Source of the DNA: Curvularia clavata
Lineage: Eukaryota
Direction of reading: 5' to 3'
DNA length: 64,000 nucleotides
Assembly: GCA_023920165.1 (NCBI GenBank)
Contig: CP089278.1
Location: 2,046,001 to 2,110,000, forward strand
Made by a program: the position numbers and the translations under genes. A model generated the notes under the pieces. It worked only from the letters and a program-made list of their open reading frames with translations. It was not told the origin of the DNA and did no database searches. Positions 48,654-59,699 of the stretch are shown here, piece after piece. The first letter of the stretch is position 1. Every line of letters starts with the position of its first letter.

Positions 48654-50189
48654 GGTAGACAGCTAGATACGAGAGTCGTGTCTAGGTAGATATCCCAGTT
48701 TTAAGGGAATTACCAATCACAGAGTCGAAAAGACAAGAAAGCACACATCAAGGATAAGCAAGCCGTTGCAGCACAGTTATATAGTCATTCTTAGGGGCGT
48801 AGAGAATACCCGCTTTTCTCTCCACGAAAGAGCGGGCCAGTGTCTGCAAGGTTCTCCATAGTCCCTCCACACCGTCCAACATGTTGGCACATGTAACCAT
48901 ACATGGTCGTCAGGTAACGGTGTGCCCATACCAAGACAAGTAGATGCGATTCCATGGAGAAGTTATTTCTGGACCGATGTCATAGTGGGTACATTTCTCT
49001 TGTTGGCTTCTCGGCGGAAGCTGGGTGTGTACTTGGCAGCGGAGCGCACCATCGTGGCCAAGAAGGCACGTGACATTTGGCTGAGGGCTGCCTGATCAGT
49101 TCTAGATGGCTTCGACCAATCGAGTTGCTGCTCGCAAACTACTAGAGGGATAATAGATGCGGCAGCCGCTGACGACGCCACATGGTGTGCTTGGCGTCGA
49201 GCGGAAACCGTACTTGGCACAGAGCATCTTTCCTTGAAGTGGCAATCCGCCTCGTCGACTCGGCATCAAGATCCGCTCTCGACTTCAACGCACACAGAGA
49301 TGCTGTAAAATTGGGGCGCATAAGGCGCCAGTCTCGCGCGTATCGAGTTTCGAATCTTGTTGCGGTTTGGGCTAGGTAGTGAATTGTTTCTTTCATGGTG
49401 CCAACATCACCAATCCATGACTTTCAATGCTCTTTGTCAGTTGCATAGTTCCAGTGTTGTATATTAGATGACTTTGTCACTTGCACGAATATGGTATGTG
49501 AATCAGCCCCACGAGTGAGAGCTGTTCGTTGCACATCAGATACTCCGAAGCCTATGAATCAAGCGGCCGGGGTACCATTAGCCAAGAAGGGTCCCAACGT
49601 ATTCTCCAGACCAAGTAAATACTCTAGTTGTTAGTGCAAGGCTTCGGTCCACTTGGCCACACTTTCCTGCGTCTTGCAACAACGGAGCTCCAAATCATTT
49701 AACCTTGCTTCGGTTAACTAGTAGTTTCGATTTTGAATGTTAGTGGCCGGTTGCCTTCGTACTTGAGCCAGATGTTCAAAGCATTGCGGCCTAGATATAC
49801 CCCCGTTTTAATTCCTGTATTCTAAAGCGACTGTTCGGAGTCTGGTCAACCTTAGCCTTATGAGGTTATCCGAAATCTTTTGAGGTTGACTTCCTTCTCC
49901 CGTGAGCATTTGCACACTAGGTTTCGCGTTGAGGAAAGCCATCTACACGTATCTCGACGATTTTTAGGCGAGAGGAATCGTAGGTGGAACAAATGATCGT
50001 CTTTTCCAAATATGTTAGTTTTGGCTTGATATGAAATCTGCATCATTGCCAGGAAAATATGTGGTAACTATAATAGATGATCGTGGTGGATGTAGAAAGT
50101 GCCGCGTATGTGGCATCAACGTTAATACTGCCAGTGGAGAAGATAAAGTTCAATTAACAAAATACGAGACGAGATGCTAAAATACCCTG

Positions 50190-50227
50190 AAGGCACTGCA
50201 AGGCACTGCAAGGCACTGCAAGGCACT
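50190..50227. repeat. 10-bp tandem repeat (AAGGCACTGC) x3.8
   Basis: Read directly in intergenic DNA. Confidence 0.9.
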
Positions 50228-50946
50228 TAGATTCCGACGGCCGTATATTTGTAGCTTGGTGTGTGATTACTCTGAAAAACAGAGCTTCTGTGAGCAGTTT
50301 TCTCGCCGACCCGCTAGTTCGACAAACCGCATCATTGAAATCATAGATACTGCACATGCGAGTTCTAAGCAAAAACAAAAAAACAAAAAAAGGGGAAAAG
50401 TTTTCCAGAAATTAGAATACTAAAAGATCAAGTCAAGAGTGAGCGCGCAGAGAACGCTTCGCAACGGATCGTTACACCATTTACAGATGACCCTTACGCA
50501 GGTCGGCTGATTTGGTGACCATCGTGCCATCGAGCTCTGGATCTGGGACTTGGTTACGAAGAACCACAACCATTCTCAAGACCAATTTTAGCTCCCCAAC
50601 AAGAGGTACTTTTGCGGGATACGTCGACAAAGTGTCGAGTGATCAAGAAGCGGATTCGAGAGGTGCCGTGATTAGGGAAAGACCTACGGGTTGTGTTCTT
50701 TCTCCTGTGGCTGTAGTGACGGGTTGAAACTAATTCAAGTGCAAGAGTTCAATCGATGGTTTACCCGAGAGGTGATTTCTGAAAAGTCTCTGTCTGTAAG
50801 AATGTCAACGTTGTCCTGCTGACTGCACCCATGACGCGATCATCTTAGGCCGCCAATCTAAACACAGGATGACGCTCTGCGGTTCCGGTATGCCCTCGAA
50901 CATCAACTCCAAACCCTGCAAATTATCGGCATCATTAACCGAGAAT

Positions 50947-51453
50947 ATGATGTACTTTGCCGCCATCTGTTTCGCGATGTCGCGACTCGGAGTGTTTGCT
51001 TCACGTTGCGACAGCCCAAGCGCCCAAGACGTCATCACCAGGCTCAGACTTACGCCAAACCCAGAAAAGGGCTATTACCGGCAGAATTTCGAGGACACCA
51101 GAAATTACAACAACAGGTCCTACTCTACAGCTATTTATTACCTGTTGGAGGGCAAGGTTGGCGCTTCGTACTGGCATCGTGTTGTTGACGCTGTCGAAAT
51201 TTGGCATTATTACGCGGGTGCGCCATTGCAATTAGACCTCTCGTGGAACAACGGAACCGCGACTGAGCGAAATATTCTAGGAAGCGATATATTTGGAAAC
51301 CAGACTCCACAGGTTGTTATCGACAAAGGACGGTGGCAAAGAGCGACAAGTTTGGGTGATTGGACCCTTGTTGGGACGACTGTGGCTCCGGGATTCATAG
51401 AGCAGGGCTACGAATTACTGGGACCAGGATTTAAGCCTCAGAGAAATAGTTAG
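50947..51453 (+). CDS. DUF985 (cupin_5, RmlC-like) protein, possibly secreted
   Basis: SAQDVITRLRLTPNPEKGYY, STAIYYLL, SYWHRV..AVEIWHYYAG.PL, PQVV..G.WQ.A, WTLVGTTVAPGF; hydrophobic N-terminus. Confidence 0.88.
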   Translation: MMYFAAICFAMSRLGVFASRCDSPSAQDVITRLRLTPNPEKGYYRQNFEDTRNYNNRSYSTAIYYLLEGKVGASYWHRVVDAVEIWHYYAGAPLQLDLSWNNGTATERNILGSDIFGNQTPQVVIDKGRWQRATSLGDWTLVGTTVAPGFIEQGYELLGPGFKPQRNS

Positions 51454-53133
51454 AAATCATACAAACTGTCTCTTTGAGCAATGATAAAATCAACAACGAC
51501 ACAGTTCTTCATATGTTCAAGAGAGTTTTTGTGAACGAAGATCGTTGCGTGTATTCGAAAGTAGCAAAGCTGCAGAAATTTCAATCGCAAAACAAATGTA
51601 GGCGCAAAGCATCTCGAACACCCTATAACAGCCTTCTATCTCACTTTGTTTAGAGTCGAACCCGGTGTTTCATGTCAATTTGCGAGATGCGGCATTTATC
51701 TGTAAAGATGTCAAGGCATCTATCACGCCACGAAGAGTAGTGCTGTAAGTCCGATGGATTTGTGTGCTGAGCTCACTTCCATGCCATGCTGCTGTGAAGA
51801 AACGATTTCTTCCAATAAGAATGGTGCGGTGTTTTTGATGTCCATTGTCCGTTGGTTAATATGGCGGACTTCGCTGCTTCGCTTACAAGACAATCCAGCC
51901 ACTATGGCGCTACAGACTCCGCGCCAACACCAAGCTGATGAACATATGCTCTTCGCTCAAAGAACCGTTCAAATAAGCTGGTTAGGTCACCTCTCAACGA
52001 TCTTATCGGGAAAAGGTCGCGTGGGTGGCTTATTGCGGAGATTACTCCCACAAAAGTAGGCGCCACCCACGACTGAAGTGCTCATTGGGCGAAAGCCTCC
52101 AATAGGGTCACACACGTTTTCGCACAATGTACGCTGAACAGGATTTTTAGAAGTGTATGTAATGCATGAAGATTTCGATTCTAGTGTAGGATTGTTCTGA
52201 TATGTTCGCAGTGTCTAATTAGCACATGTCATGACTAATATAGGTCAACAGAATATTATACGATGTCTTTCCAGACTACATAGTAAAGAGGAGTTTGAGA
52301 TTCCTCGCCAAGGATATTAGGAAAGAAGTTCTAGTGTACCAGTCTATGCTACATCAAAGTTGACTCTGACATTTGCTTCTTCCAGTCTTTCTTGTTCGGT
52401 TGATCTGTATGGGAAGCCTTCGGACTTCGTCTCTCTAAGGCTCAATGGTCTACTGACTTGTACGTATGATCGTGCCCGAAAATATAAGCCACGATTGGAT
52501 ACCACTAACCGAAGCGAGATGACATGTGAGATTTGAGCCACGTCTGGAAGAACGTACGCTTAGTCTCATCCTATAAGCCTTAAAATTGTATGGAAATTTC
52601 GTGTTGGCAATCACACAATCCTTTCAAGACCACTATTTGTATTTTCTTGGTAGAATGGATAGCTTAATATCGATCTTGAAGATGATCGTATTTCCTGTTA
52701 AGTCAGTGGCATTTTTCGGGCTAAGCGCTCATCTAAACATGCCCACCGTATACTTTGAGTGATATGCGTTATGATTCGACGACTGGGACGTACTCCGTAA
52801 ACCAAATTTCCGGACACTCTAGCGACAGCTGACGCTCCTTTCGTGTTCAATCACCAACAAAGGAAACCAGGTAAGCATCCACTGCGTCCGTGAATATTGA
52901 AGGCGTCCCACTGAGGAGATCAGGGACGCCTGGTTCCAAAAAGAGAAAATCATACGCTGCAAGAAAGATGGATAGTTCGTGATTCTCGTGTATAAGAAGC
53001 TGACAATGCGCTCCTTCTTTACATTAGAGCAGAATAGAAGTGCAATACACAGACAGCTCTACACTTCCTACTTCCCCCCTTCTTTCGGTCTTTACAGAAA
53101 AACATTCGTTTTCTGTCATTGTATAGAGCTACA

Positions 53134-55085
53134 ATGAAGTCACTTCACTTCTTTGGGACGGTCCTCTTGGGACTATCTCAGTCACTTGCCAATGCAGCAG
53201 CAATTCCTGCTGAGCTCTCCGGTTTCGCTCCATTCACGCCTAAGCGCGATGGCCTTGAAGAGCGTCAGTCTCCTGTCTCTTGTGTCAACGTCGGGAACAC
53301 GCCAAACACGAGACATTGTTGGGCCCAAGGCTTCACTTCATTGACAGACATGTATACCTCATGGCCCAATACTGGCGTGGTTCGTTCATACAACTTGCGC
53401 CTTGAAAACACGACGTGCAATCCAGACGGTGCTGGCTCAAGAGTTTGCATGCTTATTAATGGGAGATATCCAGGACCTACGATTGTGGCCAACTGGGGAG
53501 ATACAATCAGGGTACGTAGCTTAGAAAAGGGGGGGTGTTTTTTTCGCTGACCCAGCCTTAGGTCACAGTTCGAAACCTATTTCAGTCTAACGGCACATCA
53601 ATTCATTGGCACGGTTTCCGTATGCTCAACAAGAACACCCAAGATGGTGTCAATGGCATCACGGAATGTGCCCTAGCGCCAGGTGACCTGAAGACCTACG
53701 AGTTCCAAGCCACTGAGTATGGAACAACTTGGTATCACTCACACTTCTCGCATCAGTACGGCGACGGCGTCGTCGGTACCGTGATTGTAAATGGACCAGC
53801 TACAGCAAACTACGACGAAGATCTTGGTGTCATGCCAATCACTGACTGGTACTACAAGACGGCATTTCAAGCGGCTTCCATCGCATTCCAGAACGGACAA
53901 GCCGGATTGGGACCACCTGTTGGGGACAACATTTTGATCAATGGAACTGCTAAAAATGCTGCTGGGGGTGGAGCTTGGAACAAGGTCACTATTCAAGCTG
54001 GCAAACGCTACCGACTCCGACTTGTAAATACGGCTGTTGACACCAACATGGTCGTCAATCTCGACGGTCATCCGTTCCAGGTTATTGCGACAGACTTCGT
54101 GCCCATTAACCCGTACAACACCACCCACCTCCAGATCGGAATCGGACAGCGTTATGATGTGGTTTTCACCGCGAACCAGACAGCAGGAAACTATTGGTTC
54201 CGCGCTGTCGCCGATGGACTGTGCCAGTCACGCAACGCTCGCGAAGGACGGGCCATTTTTACGTACCAGGGACAAACTGTTGCAGACCCTACTTCTACCG
54301 CTCCTGTTAACCCTTTCACAGCATGCGCCAATCCTATCACAACCCCTAAGATTGTGAAGAATGTGCCCAGTACAACCTTTGCTGCCCAGGCAAAGAATCT
54401 TCCCGTCGCATTCGGCCCCGTTGCAGCGAACGGGAACACAGTACTCTGGACCATTAACGGTACCTCGATGATCATTGATCCAGGAAAGCCCACTGTCAAA
54501 TATGTGGCTGAGAACAACAACAGCTATCCCCAGTCGTACAATGTCGTTGAAGTTCCTTCAACATCCTCATCTACCTGGACCTATTGGGTAGTTCAGCAGG
54601 CCACAGGAGCCCCGCCCATTGCTCACCCCATCCATCTCCACGGGCATGACAGCTACGTACTAGGTGCAGGCGATGGTCAATTCAATGTTGCTACTCACTT
54701 CAGTCAACTTCAATTCACGAATCCGCCCCGTCGGGATGTCGTCCAACTAAGAGGTGGCGGCTGGCTCGTTCTCGCTTACCCTACGGACAACCCAGGTGCC
54801 TGGCTGATGCACTGTCATATTGTCAGTCTTTTGCTTCACACTATTCATCGTCATGTTGCTAACATTTCGTAGGCTTTCCATGTAGGCATGGGTCTAAGTG
54901 TCCAGTTTCTCGAGCGCAAGCAGCAGATCAACCTTCCCGCGGCCGGTTCCGAGTGGAACAACAACTGCAATAACTGGGCCGCATACAAAGCTGGCACTAC
55001 CGATGTGTGGCCACAAGATGATTCTGGTCTCAAGAAGAGATGGCCTCCTCTCCTTGAGAACCGCTCGACGATCCGGCTAGACTAG
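53134..55085 (+). CDS. Secreted laccase (AA1 multicopper oxidase), 3 exons
   Basis: Signal peptide; copper motifs HWHG, WYHSH, HPIHLHGH, HCHIAFH..MGL; C-terminal DSGL; introns ~53512-53561 and ~54822-54872. Confidence 0.96.
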
Positions 55086-55901
55086 GCTTCAGAAGCAGGG
55101 ACTTTGGCAGCTGTGGCGTGGGTTAAGGGGTACTTCATCCACAACTATATATTTACTTTTTCTGTATTTTGCTTTTTCGCTTTACCTTCATTCACTAACC
55201 TTCTTACGCTCGCTCGAACTTCCTTTGACACCTTCTGTCACCTTGATGCGTTTCGCCGTTGACGTTCCTACTCCTACATCTTATCACGGCTCAAACCTTG
55301 TATATATTCGGAGCTGTTACTTTTTCAGTCGTCTTGGATGTATATATCAACAAATCAATCCTTTCGTATCTAAAGACCCTGACCCGCTTCATGTGAACCC
55401 AGTAGTGGGGGTTTCGGTTCTAGATGTGATCGCCAGCTACACACAATGGAACTAACTCCGGGACGGGAAACGGTAAGAGACTGACCAACCATGTTCTATT
55501 TCGAAAGTGGCGTACAGGGTATCCTGTTCTACACCACCTCCTTTGTTGAGTGCTGACATGAACTAGATCTCTTAGTAGCGGCGATTTTGCGGCCTTGACA
55601 AACTTTATATTAAGTCCATCAGCAGTATCGCTGAGGCTCAATGGTGACATTTAGCGAATAGCGGTTGCTTGCGACGGAATAATCGGCTGAAACAAACGGT
55701 CCTGGATCCCAATACGGGCCTACTCCAGATCATCCTAGGGTGTGCTGAACGATCGAACATGGTCAATATTTATACCCCGCAATTCCGTATGCTCTTGGAG
55801 GCTCTGGAAATAGGAAATATTCCGATATTTTGCATTCATAAATGAATGCTCATTCCTTTGATTTCTACCTCCCGTCATCGCCCTCAACCGTCTCTGCAAA
55901 A

Positions 55902-56910
55902 ATGGCCGCAATCACAACAGCACAGCCGATACGCTCTCCTAGTAGCATCAACTCCGATCATATCGAAAAAGAGCCTCATCTCACCCATGCCCAAACCAAC
56001 ATCTCTATCAGCCCCGAATTGTTTGAGAAGCTATACTTGGCTCCTAAGACACCACATGCCAACGAGCGTGTTGGCCAGTATGCTAATGCTGTTCCTCTAG
56101 GTTTCTTAGGGTAAAGCATCTCCTATCTACATCCTCATCTCACGTATACTAAGTTTCGAGTTCAGTTTTGTAATCTCAACCTTTACCTTCTCCATGGTGC
56201 TTATGGGATGGGGCGGCGCCAACAGCCTCTCAGCCGTTGCGTAAGACAACCACGATGCTCTATTTGGTAGCCGAGTTTTAATGTTTATCAGCGGTATCTT
56301 CTTCTTTACCGGCCCGGTTCTTCTGACGCTTGCTTGCATCTTTCTCTGGATTCAGGCGCAGTTCTTTCCTATGATGGTTACCGGACTATTCTCGGTTTTC
56401 TGGCTCTCCTTTGGACTGCTCCAACTCCCATCTGTTGGTATCGCCGCCTCGTACTCGACTACCGGCAGCGCTGCAGAGGGTTCAGCGAGCGAAGACATGA
56501 ATGCGGCCCTAGCCTTGTTCTTGATTGTCTGGGGCTTTGCGATGGCTACTTTCGGAATTTTCACTATCAGAATGAATCTGGTATTCGTGAGCATCTTTTC
56601 GATCGCAGCGATATCGACTTGGGTACTGAGTGGAGCATATTGGGCGGTCAGCAGAGGGCATTTTGACACTGCGTTGAAGTTGAAGAAGGTAAGTGATGAG
56701 TTTTGATTCTAGTCTCGGTCATTTTCTAACAATCTCTAGACTGGTGGTGCCATGTTGTTCGTAGTAGCGTGTCTAGGGTGGTACATGCTTGTTGTGATTA
56801 TGATGGCTGAGATGCGTTGGTCTGTCTCTCTACCCGTTGGTGATCTCAGTCATTATTGGGGAAAGACCGATATTGAAATCGCTGCTATGGAGAACGGGAA
56901 GAAAGACTAG
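55902..56910 (+). CDS. GPR1/FUN34/YaaH (Ato/SatP) family acetate/monocarboxylate transporter, 4 exons
   Basis: ISPELFEKLYLAP, ANAVPLGFLGF (NPxPLG-like), FFFTGP, FWLSFG, six hydrophobic segments, LPVGDLS. Confidence 0.88.
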
Positions 56911-57633
56911 AGTGCTCTTTTTCCTTTCTTGCCTTACAACCTTTGACGAATGAAGCGACAAGAAGGGTACCGCCGGCTTACGTGTTGGTTGATGGCCCTA
57001 CATATATATCGATCTGTTTAAGAATGCAAACTTAACACTTCGCTTGTAAAACAAAATGTACCTAGGCGCATTAATGCTCCAGTGGCTGAATTCGAATGCT
57101 GCCATTTCCCAATCGTACATGCTTCAATTGCCACATCCTACGCACGTCGCCACATCTAACACATGATCGCTGCATCTGAAGTCCTTAGTGTAACCAAAAG
57201 ATCAGAACGCCCGCAGAACATTCCTCGGCGTACAAAAGTGGACTGACTTGGCTAAACTTTTCCGGTCTTTCAATGTACGCACCAATGACAAGATATGATC
57301 GACGCCACACCACCTGCTGGTCTAAGCTAAATCCGGTAGCGACTGCGTTCGTCGGTGGGCGGGTCGAGTAGCCGCGAAATGTTACCCCGATTTTACATGA
57401 TCTGCTGCATTGGTATAGCTCTAGTTCTGGATAGAGCTGATATACATTTCCTGGGGTAAGGACCAGGGTTTGAATCTGGTCGACTCGGGTATTGTGGAGT
57501 AGATCCTATATAGGGCAATATCGATCATTCATACTTCTCTCATATTACAAGGCGATTTTTTCTTCTTCTTCTTTTTATACTCTCCCAAAGATAGGACCCA
57601 ATTTATGCTAGGACTCCCAGTTATACTTTCAAT

Positions 57634-59482
57634 ATGGCTGGAGAGATACACGACGACAAGCCATCATCAACACATATTGACCATATCAACAACATTAGTG
57701 ATAATTCGGAGCAAGATGCGAACGAAGAGATTGTCCGGCATCTACAAATTACAGGAGAAGATGTAGGCTTTACATGTGAGTATACGAAGAACGAACAGTC
57801 ACCGTTACAACCATGAATATGCTAACCAATACACGAATTTCCTAGTCAACACTCTAATGGCTGCTGTGTCAATGGCAATGTGCTACAACGCCTACCTCTT
57901 CACTCTGCTCATCCCCCCAGCTATCCTTACGTATATAAATGCAGACCTGGGACCTGACCCACGCTACACCTGGATCACAATATCCTGGAACCTTGGGGGC
58001 GCCATGTTTGTCACAGTAGGCGGACGACTCTCGGACATATTCGGTCGCCGGTACTTTTTCATAGCCGGTGCCATCATTCTCATCATCGGAAGTATCGTCA
58101 GCGCTACGGGTCAAAGTATCAACCAGATGATAGCTGGAGGCGCGCTTTTTGGCTGTGGCTCTGGGTTCCTGGAAATGGCTTTTGGTGCAGTGCAGGAGAT
58201 CGTGCCCAGCAAGTATCGTCATGTTACTATTGGCTTGTTTGACGCTGCATCGATCGTGGCGCAAATTATGCCATTGGTAAGTTGGATTGTCATCAAAGAG
58301 ACAAAGAACTGGCGTATCTGTTACTACGTTATGATTGCTTTCCAAACTATCAATCTAACTCTGCTGGTCTTCTTTTACAATCCGCCGTCTTGGGAGCAGA
58401 AGAAAAGCGAACACGGGAAGTCTGCGGGGCAGCTTCTCAGGGAGTTCGACTGGCTAGGGCTGTTCTTGTTTCTCGCTGGATGTACCCTTTTCATCGTTGG
58501 TGTGAGTTGGGGTGGATCAATGGCTCCGTGGACCTCCGCGACGGTGCTTGTTCCCATTATCGTTGGCATGCTCACGCTGATCGGACTGGGATTTTACGAG
58601 GCCTACTATAAGCTTACCGCCCCTCTGTTCCCACCACGTCTCTTTATGGCTTTGAGGCATTTTACTGTGCCAATGTTGGTCATGGCCATTGGTGGAATGC
58701 AGTACTATTCGAACGCAACGCTCTGGCCGCGTCTTTCGCAGCTGATTTACGCCCACGACGAAATCTCAAAAGGGTTATACGCCGAAGTCCTCCCCTTGGG
58801 TACTATCATCGGCGGTATAATTGTGGCATTCAGCAAGTACATCGGCCATCAGCGGTGGGTTATTGTATTTGCCGTCGCACTACAAACTGCCTGCGTTGGC
58901 GCCATGTCGACCTCTACGATGGATAACCCCACCAAATCCATCATCCTTACTGTGATCATTTCAACATGCACATCTGTCAACCTTCTCAATGGTATGGTAC
59001 TGGTCGGGTTTGGCATAGTTTATCAGGAGGATATTGGCACTGCAGCTGGTCTAGCAGGCACTTCACGTCTCCTTGCTGGTGCCATCGCGACAGCTATCTT
59101 CGGAAATGTTACAAATAACAAATACCGAGAGATATTAGCCGAACGTATTCGATCGAATCTGGCTCCGTTCGATCTTCCTTCTACTACCATTCTCCAGCTC
59201 ATTTCCGCCGCAAGAGCAAACAGCGCTTCGGCTTATGCAGCAATTCCAAACATCACGCCCGCAATCCAAGCCGCAGCTAGTCTTGGAAACAAGCAAGCAT
59301 ATCTTGAAGGTGCTCATTTATCGTATCTAGTTGCCTTAGCATTTGGATTGTTAGGTGTTGTAGCCGCCTTCTTCATTCCAAGCGTGGATAGGAGAAAGTA
59401 TACCAGTAAGACAGTGGCCGTTCAGAAGTCAGACCGGAGAGGACTACAAGACAGGAAATCAGACGGGAAAACCTCGCCTTAG
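57634..59482 (+). CDS. TRI12-like MFS drug/toxin efflux pump, 2 exons
   Basis: YINADLGP, GRLSDIFGRRYF, EIVP.KYR, WRICYY, FFYNPP, DWLGLFL, PLFPPRLF, EDIGTAAG; intron ~57776-57845. Confidence 0.9.
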
Positions 59483-59699
59483 TCAATGGGTATTAGAAAT
59501 TTAAAGACTGCAAAGTGCATTTTGCAGCTTCAACTGACAATGATGTTTCACATTTGAGACTTGCATACGCTACGTATATCTATCGTATACATCCTCTTCT
59601 CATTTGAAACCAAACATTGTATTGGATATCATGATTGACACTACCTTGAAAATTGTGAAGTAGGCCTCCAAACTACCGAACGTGTTCGATGATGTATTG

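Noticed and set aside
48963..49396. Two overlapping short minus-strand ORFs upstream of the sugar transporter
   Set aside because: No convincing splice path or motif; treated as intergenic.
53134..59482. Trichothecene or melanin biosynthetic cluster
   Set aside because: TRI12-like pumps and laccases are large families, and no TRI5, P450, PKS or reductase genes are in the window.
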